Positions 16,759 through 23,817 of a stretch of 26,049 bases of DNA are shown piece after piece. Each line of letters begins with the position of its first letter. The first letter of the stretch is position 1. The stretch comes from a virus (lineage: Duplodnaviria > Caudoviricetes): the IMG/VR virus record IMGVR_UViG_3300020044_007581, positions 1-26,049 of that record. One strand, given 5' to 3'. The notes under the pieces were generated by a model. It made no database searches. It saw only the letters and a list, made by a program, of their open reading frames with translations, and was not told where the DNA came from. A program made the position numbers and the translations under genes.

Positions 16759-19700
16759 TGAATAAACTCCTCATACTTTTCGTCCTGGCGGCCGTGGCGG
16801 CGTTTCCGCAAGCGCAGACGCCTCTCACTATCACGCAGTCAGCCGGCAGCGCTACGGGCGAATTGCGGATGCAAGAGCGCCGCACAAACGGCACGAACTA
16901 CGTGGGCATCAAAGCGCCGCAATCTGTAGCGGCAAACACTGTGTGGACGCTTCCCGGTGCGGACGGCACTGACAACCAATGCCTGAAGACCGATGGCGCT
17001 GGTCAGTGGTCATGGGAGTCTTGCACACCAGAGCGGCTTGTATCCGATTACAACTGGACACAGACGATTGGCGCGCGAAGTGGGTCTAGTGCTATCACGC
17101 TGACGTTTTCTGGCACGTCCTGCCCTGCATCCGGCTCAGACACCATTTTCGTTTACCGCGTCTACGAGTCCTCCACCCCGACGACCTACGAACTTGCCAC
17201 ATCTGACGGCAGTGGCACCTGCACGCGCGGCGGTTCTGGAACGATTGTCGCCACTGGCGTGACAGGCACGTATACCAACGCCATCGCTACGTCTGCATCG
17301 GCTGGCTTTCAGGAAGCGATTCTCAGTGTGGCGGATGGGCTGCATGTACGGGCGCGAGCGGCCATTGGATCGTACAGCATTTACTCTCCGATTTACACGG
17401 AGGACCGTGCGGTGTTGATCGAGTGTGAATCCTTGGGCGCTGGGCTGATCCCGCGCGTCAATAATCTCAAGGTGATTCACACGGCAGCGCCTACCGGCAT
17501 TCGCGTGAAGAATTGCCTGTTCACCAATGCCTACGCCACGACGGGCAACACAGCCATCTATGCTGACAACCCAGACGGCAGCAACTACGGAGGGCTGATC
17601 GAAGGCAACTGGTTTTCCTCGTTCGACAAATCCATCCACGCGGCAACGATTAGCGGGTGGGTGATCTCAAAAAACCACTTCCTGAACTTGACCTCTGCAA
17701 CCAGCGCGATCCACGTCGAAAACTTGACCAACGGCGACCAGGGAGTTGGACTAATCCACGGCAATATCTTCACTTGCGGCGCAACTTGCACGTATGGTTT
17801 GTTATGGAACGGACCCGGAGCGCTGCAACTCAAGCACAACAACTTCAACGGCTACACCACGCAGGTGCATTTACAGCCGAAGTACGGCACCGCCAGCAGT
17901 TCCGGCTCTACTGTCACCTGGCAGAGCGGGAACAAGTTCCGCGCCATTCTCGCTGGCCAAACTATCTACCTTGGCAGCACAGCGGCCACAATCGCATCAG
18001 TCGATAGCGATACGCAGATCACCACGTCATCGCCGATTGGGACGATTTCGACCACTGACTATTACGTAAACATCACCTCACAGCTTCAGATTAGTTCCAA
18101 CAACTTCGACAGTGGTGCAAACACGACCAAAGGCATCCGCTGGGAGGGGCCGGTACAATTCCAAAACGGACAGATTGAGCACAACTTTTTCTCCAATTGG
18201 AGCGGCGTTGCCAATCTCGAAGCCATCAGCATCGCCTCCAGCGGCGCAAACTTCCTGTCCATTCGCGGGAATAACATTCAGTCTCCGCAGGCCACGACGG
18301 GCACGTATGGCATTCGCTTGTCTGGTGGCTCAACGGTCAGCGTCACGGACAACCAGGTTATCGGCAGCAAGACCGCCATCGCCATCGAATCCGGCGCGTC
18401 GGCAGTCACGCTAACTGGCAACACGTTCCGCTACAACGACACAGCGCAGGTTACATCAGCCGTAAGCGATACAGTTTTGCAAGATCAAATCACAGTCGCC
18501 TACGCAGACCTATCTGGCCTGACCGTTGCCAACTCCTCGCGCGTCTATTGCAGCGATTGCAAGCAAAGCACCACCGCTTGCGCTGGAAGTGGCTCAGGCG
18601 CGGTCGCAACGAGAATCAATAGCACGTGGCAGTGTCAGGACCAGGCGAGCGGCTACCAGCCTTGGACGGTCAGTGGAAGCGATGTATACCGCAGCGCTGG
18701 GAACGTGGCTATTGGATCATCTCCCAACACGTCTACGCTGTTAGTTAAAGGCGCATCCGGCGCGTCTGGCATTTTGGAATTGAAGCACGGTACGGCTTCC
18801 TCGTCGCTGCAACTGTACGCGGAAAGCTCGTTTTCAGTGTTGGGCACCTATACCTCATCTCCGCTCATTTTCGCGTCTGATTCGGCTGGGCGATGGCGAC
18901 TCAATGCCAGCGGGATGCTGACGCCGGAAACAACGGATACCTACGACATTGGCAACCTGACATCGCCGCTTCGCGTTCGTGGCATCTACGGGAAGATCGT
19001 CGACACGGCTCTCGCTGGTGGTACTGGCGATTATCTCCAGACGCGCAAAATCCAACTCTTCGATAACACCGGCTCATCCACGGGGGCCTCCTACTGGGAT
19101 CTGAACGTCGTGATGAGCGGTGTTGGCGCTGGCCAAAACTCGTATTTTTACTTGCGCGACAACGGAGGAAACACCGTTTGGCGCGCGGACAAGATTGCAT
19201 CCGGTTCGCCAGTTGCAACGACGACAATCTATACCGACTTGCTGCCAGATTCAACGGCCAACGTCCGCGATCTCGGCAAAATTACGCAGCGCTGGGACGA
19301 AATAAACGGGGCCTCCATGGATCTCAGCGGCGCGGCCAACATCACCGGCAACCTTTCGGCGGCGGTCATCAACGCAACCGGGAGCCCAGCGTATCGGGTG
19401 AGCGGCACGACCGTTATAGACGCCTCCCGCAACCTGTCAAACATCGGCACGGGCGGCTTCTCCGGGTTAATCACTGCGTCCGCTGGTGTCGCGTTCGGCG
19501 CTTCCTCTACGTTTGCCGCCGATGCGACTTATGACTTCGGCACGTCGTCAAACAAGCTGCGCCGCTTATACGCAACCGGATGGACAATTTACGGCTCGGC
19601 CTTTGCTTCGTCTGGTTCGTCAATCACAATCCAAAGCGGCGCAACATTTACCGATGGGCGCACGTGCTCGTCTGGTGACGTGTGGACGGCTGACGGTTCC

Positions 19701-20258
19701 GGCAACCTTGCGTGCGCCGCTCCCGCTGCGTCATCGCTTCCAGTGGCCGACACGACAAACGTTGTCAAAGGCTCTGCCGACGCTACCAAGCTACTACGGT
19801 TTGAGGTGGACGGGTTCACCACAGGCACCACCCGCACGCTGACACCGCAGAACGCATCTTATACGCTTGCCGGAACGGACATTGCGCAGACATTCACGCA
19901 AACGCAAACATTCAACGGCTCCGCGCTTGTGCTGAATAGCACTATCACCGGCGACCTCATTCCGACCACATCAGCGGTGTATGTGATCGGCTCGTCCTCT
20001 TTCCTTTGGAACAACATCCACGCGGACACTGTGACCGTATACACAAACCTGATCCCCGACGCCAGCGCATCGGCCAATCTAGGCGGCAGCACGAAGCGAT
20101 GGACGAAAACCTGGACGGCCGATCTGGATATCACGGGAACAATCACCCCGCCAAGTGGCACCGCATTTAGCGGAACCAAAACCGTGCGCGCATCTGGCGG
20201 AGCCTCGGATTGCACGCTTACATTTTCCGCTGGCATCATGACTGGCGGCACCTGCTAA
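16758..20258 (+). CDS. Tail fibre/tailspike-like protein with beta-helix region and N-terminal signal peptide
   Basis: Start moved to ATG 16758 (TAATG coupling), giving 1166 aa that begin MNKLLILFVLAAVAAFPQAQ. Has parallel beta-helix repeats (IEGNWF, ISKNHF, IHGNIF, ISSNNF, IRGNNI, VTDNQV, LTGNTF) and five P.....Y/xDxG....R/W fibre repeats. Ser/Thr-rich. Confidence 0.75.
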   Translation: MNKLLILFVLAAVAAFPQAQTPLTITQSAGSATGELRMQERRTNGTNYVGIKAPQSVAANTVWTLPGADGTDNQCLKTDGAGQWSWESCTPERLVSDYNWTQTIGARSGSSAITLTFSGTSCPASGSDTIFVYRVYESSTPTTYELATSDGSGTCTRGGSGTIVATGVTGTYTNAIATSASAGFQEAILSVADGLHVRARAAIGSYSIYSPIYTEDRAVLIECESLGAGLIPRVNNLKVIHTAAPTGIRVKNCLFTNAYATTGNTAIYADNPDGSNYGGLIEGNWFSSFDKSIHAATISGWVISKNHFLNLTSATSAIHVENLTNGDQGVGLIHGNIFTCGATCTYGLLWNGPGALQLKHNNFNGYTTQVHLQPKYGTASSSGSTVTWQSGNKFRAILAGQTIYLGSTAATIASVDSDTQITTSSPIGTISTTDYYVNITSQLQISSNNFDSGANTTKGIRWEGPVQFQNGQIEHNFFSNWSGVANLEAISIASSGANFLSIRGNNIQSPQATTGTYGIRLSGGSTVSVTDNQVIGSKTAIAIESGASAVTLTGNTFRYNDTAQVTSAVSDTVLQDQITVAYADLSGLTVANSSRVYCSDCKQSTTACAGSGSGAVATRINSTWQCQDQASGYQPWTVSGSDVYRSAGNVAIGSSPNTSTLLVKGASGASGILELKHGTASSSLQLYAESSFSVLGTYTSSPLIFASDSAGRWRLNASGMLTPETTDTYDIGNLTSPLRVRGIYGKIVDTALAGGTGDYLQTRKIQLFDNTGSSTGASYWDLNVVMSGVGAGQNSYFYLRDNGGNTVWRADKIASGSPVATTTIYTDLLPDSTANVRDLGKITQRWDEINGASMDLSGAANITGNLSAAVINATGSPAYRVSGTTVIDASRNLSNIGTGGFSGLITASAGVAFGASSTFAADATYDFGTSSNKLRRLYATGWTIYGSAFASSGSSITIQSGATFTDGRTCSSGDVWTADGSGNLACAAPAASSLPVADTTNVVKGSADATKLLRFEVDGFTTGTTRTLTPQNASYTLAGTDIAQTFTQTQTFNGSALVLNSTITGDLIPTTSAVYVIGSSSFLWNNIHADTVTVYTNLIPDASASANLGGSTKRWTKTWTADLDITGTITPPSGTAFSGTKTVRASGGASDCTLTFSAGIMTGGTC

Positions 20259-20326
20259 ACCTCCCCGCGTGCCCTCTCCCGCGCGGGCGCTTCCGCGAGT
20301 GTGCGAAAACACTCGCTCACGACTTT

Positions 20327-20602
20327 ATGCGCACCATCACACTCATCGCAAGCCTGGGCCTGCTTGCGGCGGCCGAACAGCCGAAACCGAAGCCCGAACT
20401 GTCCACCGCCGCGCGGATCGCGCTCGGCACCATAGTCGGCGAGTCCAAAAAACTTGCCGACCAGCAAAAAGACCTGGCCGCTCAATACGAGGCGGTCAAA
20501 TCCGAAGAATGCCAGCGGGTTTTCGGATCGCAGAAATGCGACATCAACGGAGCCGGCCAACTGGTGCTTCTCGCACCGCCGCCGGCAGAAGTGAAGAAAT
20601 GA
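20327..20602 (+). CDS. Small coiled-coil protein with signal peptide
   Basis: MRTITLIASLGLLAAAEQPKP..., start moved to ATG 20327. Contains two Cys. Sits in the position of a fibre chaperone. Confidence 0.65.
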   Translation: MRTITLIASLGLLAAAEQPKPKPELSTAARIALGTIVGESKKLADQQKDLAAQYEAVKSEECQRVFGSQKCDINGAGQLVLLAPPPAEVKK

Positions 20603-20958
20603 TCTCGCCCAAGCTGATCCCAGCCATTTTATTGGCAATTGCGGCGCTGCGGGGCGAGTCGATCTGCGGCATTGACAAGCAAAACGCAACCGCCAATATC
20701 GACCTCGTGCAAGTGTCCTGCGTGGATTACGACCGGCTGCGCGCGCAAGCTCCGCAATTCCCCTGGCCCACCGGGCGTGTCACGCAGGTGCTCGTCCACA
20801 TCCGCGAGGGCGACGCCGTGCGCGTGACCGTCGATGGCGTGGCAAAATTCGCCGATCTCATCCGTGACGCCTGGGGGCGGCTGATTGCGCTGGTTCAATT
20901 CGACGGCGTGGATCATGCGGCGGTGGCCGTCAAGGTGTATCGGGCGGTGGAGGAGTGA
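20599..20958 (+). CDS. Hypothetical protein with signal peptide
   Basis: MISPKLIPAILLAIAALRGESICG..., ATGA-coupled to the upstream gene. Contains two Cys. Confidence 0.65.
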   Translation: MISPKLIPAILLAIAALRGESICGIDKQNATANIDLVQVSCVDYDRLRAQAPQFPWPTGRVTQVLVHIREGDAVRVTVDGVAKFADLIRDAWGRLIALVQFDGVDHAAVAVKVYRAVEE

Positions 20959-21119
20959 AGCTCCGCACCGCTGCCGTAGATGCGGCCGTGGATGGAAAGC
21001 GCGTCGGTGGTCCGTGGGCTATCCCGCTGGACAAAGACGCGCTAAAGGAAATCAAGGCGCTTGAACTGGAGTTCGGGCGTGTGGAATTCGAGCAGATCAA
21101 GGACAAAAACCATGAGTAA
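20955..21119 (+). CDS. Small hypothetical protein (54 aa, not in ORF track)
   Basis: GTGA overlap with the upstream stop. Reads MKLRTAAVDAAVDGKRVGGPWAIPLDKDALKEIKALELEFGRVEFEQIKDKNHE* and fills the gap exactly. Confidence 0.6.
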   Translation: MKLRTAAVDAAVDGKRVGGPWAIPLDKDALKEIKALELEFGRVEFEQIKDKNHE

Positions 21120-21531
21120 CCATCTCGGGCCTGACGCCCAAACCGCCAAGCTAAACAGCGGCGGCGAATCCATCGACGCGCTGAACGCCGCCCGGGCGGA
21201 CGAAGCCAAGGACGCCGCCACGAAGTACCGCGAGCAGGCAACGGCCAAGTTGCAACGGCTCGGTGTGGCAACGCTGTACAGCGACATCCCGCCGACAAAC
21301 GAAGTCCTCCGCGCCGCGCTGGCGAAGATCAAGGCGGCCGGTGCCATTGACCCCATCGTGGAGCGCGTCACCGTTGCCAACCAGGGCGGGAACTGGACGT
21401 TCGACCTGTATCACTTCCCCAAGTTCCTCTCTCCGGGCATCCGCTACAGCGCGGACGAGACGCTGTTGGCGCTGTCGCCCGATAGCGTCATCGCGGCGCT
21501 GCGTGACGGTGGCTTCCTCGGGGGCCGGTAA
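21112..21531 (+). CDS. Hypothetical protein
   Basis: MSNHLGPDAQ..., with AAGGA RBS upstream and TAATG coupling to the next gene. No motif recognised. Confidence 0.65.
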   Translation: MSNHLGPDAQTAKLNSGGESIDALNAARADEAKDAATKYREQATAKLQRLGVATLYSDIPPTNEVLRAALAKIKAAGAIDPIVERVTVANQGGNWTFDLYHFPKFLSPGIRYSADETLLALSPDSVIAALRDGGFLGGR

Positions 21532-21728
21532 TGCGAACCGCATGGAAAGCCATTCTTGCCGCCGCGCTCGGCGGGGCCGCTACGGCGGCTTCTGACGCGC
21601 TGATGTTCGACGGCACAACTCACCCCAAGCAACTTGCCGCTAAGGCCGCAATTGGGGCCGCTGTGGCCGTGGCGGGGTATCTGAAGCAATCGCCCATTAA
21701 ACCGGAAGCACCACCGCCCGAGAAGTGA
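21531..21728 (+). CDS. Putative holin
   Basis: 65 aa with two Ala/Gly-rich hydrophobic segments and a charged, Pro-rich C-terminus (YLKQSP...). Confidence 0.55.
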   Translation: MRTAWKAILAAALGGAATAASDALMFDGTTHPKQLAAKAAIGAAVAVAGYLKQSPIKPEAPPPEK

Positions 21729-22036
21729 AAACTCCAATGCCGGAGAATGAATTGGAACAACTCGAACGTATTGCCGATACCCTCGAAGATGTCCGCTCAG
21801 ACGTAAGTGGCCTCACTACGTCGCAAGCTGTCCAGACTGAACAGCTCAAAAGCATCGCCGAGCATTTAGCGCGCCTCAACGGGCGCGTTGGCAAGTCCGA
21901 AGACCGCCTTTCCTCACTCGAAAACGACCGGGCCGAGCAGCGCGGGGCGTGGAAGTTTATCGCGCTCATCTCGTCGATTCCGGCCTCTATCATCGGGGCC
22001 GGGGCGATGTGGCTGGCGAATCACGGGGGCAAATGA
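21725..22036 (+). CDS. Coiled-coil protein with C-terminal TM helix (XhlA/holin-associated type)
   Basis: Has HLARLNGRV...E.RL..LE and C-terminal WKFIALISSIPASIIGAGAMWL. Confidence 0.6.
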   Translation: MKTPMPENELEQLERIADTLEDVRSDVSGLTTSQAVQTEQLKSIAEHLARLNGRVGKSEDRLSSLENDRAEQRGAWKFIALISSIPASIIGAGAMWLANHGGK

Positions 22037-22899
22037 CTCAGAAATGGTCGATCACGCGAGACTCTGACATGGTGGCAACTCTTCGCCTGGAGAAGTTCGC
22101 CAGCGTCAATGATGAGCGGTGGGTGCTCCTGCAATCTGACGAGCACGCGGATAATCAGCACAGCGATCTCGACCTCATCCGGCGCCACATGGCCGAAGCC
22201 GTTGAGCGCGGCGCGCCGGTCCTCAAGTTCGGCGACACCTACTGCGCAATGCAAGGGCGCTGGGACAAGCGAGCGGACCCGCGGCAATTGCGGGAGGAGT
22301 TGCGCGGAGCGAACTACCTGGACGAGCTGGTCCGCTACCATGAGCGGCTGTACTCGCCCTACGCCGCGCAGATCGCGGCCATCGGCTACGGCAACCACGA
22401 AACGTCGATTCAGACTCACCACCAAACCGACCTCGTAGAGCGCCTCGTGGACCGTCTACGGCAAGCCGGAAGCCCGGTTCAAAAGCTTGGCTACACCGGG
22501 TTCGTCCGCATCGCGGCGCAGTATGGCAACACCGTGCGGACTTTCCTACTCCACTTCCACCACGGCAGCGGCGGCGGCGGCGAAGTCACGCGCGGCTTCA
22601 TCGACTGGAACCGAACGCGCGGGATGTACTCGGCGGATGTCTACTATGCTGGGCACATCCACCGCCGCAACATGGACGAAAACGTAATCGTCGGCGTGAG
22701 CGCAAAGGGCACCTGCGAACGGCGCCATCAGCTTATGCTTCGCGGCTCCTGCTACAAAGACGAAGACGGCGACGGCGGCTGGCACGTTGAGCGCGGCCGC
22801 GCCGCGCGGCCTAAGGGCGGCTGGTGGTTGCGAATCACGCCCGAGTATCGGCACGGGCAGAACTCCGCCGACTTCCGGCTGGAGGCTGTTGCCGCATGA
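22033..22899 (+). CDS. Calcineurin-like metallophosphoesterase
   Basis: Has SDEH, FGD, GNHE, HHG and AGHIH motifs in order. Start moved to ATG 22033 (ATGA coupling). Confidence 0.85.
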   Translation: MTQKWSITRDSDMVATLRLEKFASVNDERWVLLQSDEHADNQHSDLDLIRRHMAEAVERGAPVLKFGDTYCAMQGRWDKRADPRQLREELRGANYLDELVRYHERLYSPYAAQIAAIGYGNHETSIQTHHQTDLVERLVDRLRQAGSPVQKLGYTGFVRIAAQYGNTVRTFLLHFHHGSGGGGEVTRGFIDWNRTRGMYSADVYYAGHIHRRNMDENVIVGVSAKGTCERRHQLMLRGSCYKDEDGDGGWHVERGRAARPKGGWWLRITPEYRHGQNSADFRLEAVAA

Positions 22900-23213
22900 C
22901 CCGCGAACGCTGGGCGCTGATGTTGGGCGAGTGGTGTGTCATCCTCGGAATCACCACGCCGCCAACGCTGGTATTCCTGCCCGCGCGCCGGATGCCGCAG
23001 GGCGTAGCGATGCTTACCGAGTGGTACTTGGCGCTCGAAAACGGCTGGCAAATCAAAATCAACACGGGCGACCTGGACGACCCGGAGGCGCTGTTGGTCC
23101 ATGAACTCCTCCACGTCCGCAGCGGCTGCACGGACCAGGCGCACGAGCCATGGATTAGGGACGTTGCGGCGGCGTTGGTGGCGCTGAAGCGGCGCTCTTT
23201 GCCCGCCGCGTAG
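22896..23213 (+). CDS. Small HExxH zinc metallopeptidase-like protein
   Basis: MTRERWALMLGEW..., with EALLVHELLHV and a downstream E (AHEPW). ATGA-coupled at 22896. Confidence 0.7.
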   Translation: MTRERWALMLGEWCVILGITTPPTLVFLPARRMPQGVAMLTEWYLALENGWQIKINTGDLDDPEALLVHELLHVRSGCTDQAHEPWIRDVAAALVALKRRSLPAA

Positions 23214-23337
23214 CAAGCGACTTCGCCATTGATTCAGCTCGGCGTTCTGGCGACATCGAGCCGAATCCCTTGCGGGGGTTTTTGACAATGCCGCCAAGCC
23301 TCCCGATTTCAACGGCGGCGGGGTTTTTCGGGGTCAT
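23155..23337 (-). CDS. Small basic protein with KNPAAV.xGRLGG / KGG-like motif
   Basis: MTPKNPAAVEIGRLGGIVKNPRKGFGSMSPERRAESMAKS.... ATG 23337 overlaps the upstream stop (ATGA). Confidence 0.65.
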   Translation of the reverse strand: MTPKNPAAVEIGRLGGIVKNPRKGFGSMSPERRAESMAKSLATRRAKSAASAPPTPPQRP

Positions 23338-23576
23338 CGCGCCCACCCCAGCAACTGCGCCACTGCACGGGCGGCGTTGCGGTCGTGTTCTGATCCACCG
23401 TTGCGAATAGCGGCCAGCGTGTCTTTCTTTCCCCAAGCCCACTTGTAATAGTCGCCGTGCTTGGAAACCGGAACTTCATTTCGGCCAATGAAGGACCCGG
23501 GCTTAACGGCGTCCATGCGAACGCAGGAGCCGGTGGTCACGTAAGCGTAGGTTTTATCTCGTTTCGCGCTGTTCAT
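23334..23576 (-). CDS. Hypothetical protein (80 aa), first gene of antisense unit
   Basis: Directly preceded by a consensus promoter and coupled to the downstream small ORF. Confidence 0.65.
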   Translation of the reverse strand: MNSAKRDKTYAYVTTGSCVRMDAVKPGSFIGRNEVPVSKHGDYYKWAWGKKDTLAAIRNGGSEHDRNAARAVAQLLGWAR

Positions 23577-23610
23577 AACTCAATATTAGCATAACCGCTT
23601 ATGCTGTCAA
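23577..23610 (-). promoter_or_regulatory. Sigma70-type leaderless promoter with palindromic operator
   Basis: Minus strand reads TTGACA-gcataagcggttaTGc-TAATAT-tgagtt-ATG. The palindrome AGCATAA-N4-TTATGCT (23588..23605) spans the spacer. Confidence 0.75.
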
Positions 23611-23617
23611 CAACAAA

Positions 23618-23800
23618 ATGACCCGCCGCGCATTATTTTTTCTCGCCGCCGCTGACGCGGACAAACCGCCACCCGTCAGCGAGCAAGCCATGAACCGCTT
23701 CGCCGGGCTCTGGAATGAGTATGTCGAACGCCTGAAAGTTGGCGTGATCGACCTCAAGCAGTGGCGGGCGGTCTGCCGGGAGTGGGAGCGGTTGCGGTGA
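23618..23800 (+). CDS. Small hypothetical protein
   Basis: 60 aa with a MTRRALFFLAAA N-terminus. Fills the gap before the second fibre gene. Confidence 0.55.
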   Translation: MTRRALFFLAAADADKPPPVSEQAMNRFAGLWNEYVERLKVGVIDLKQWRAVCREWERLR

Positions 23801-23817
23801 ACGAAAGGGTTTCGACT

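Noticed and set aside
20150-20320. DGR target at the fibre 3' end with downstream hairpin
   Set aside because: No second copy of the fibre 3' end and no RT were found in the window.
20327-20958. Spanin pair
   Set aside because: No convincing lipobox is present, and the arrangement does not match nested i-/o-spanin genes.
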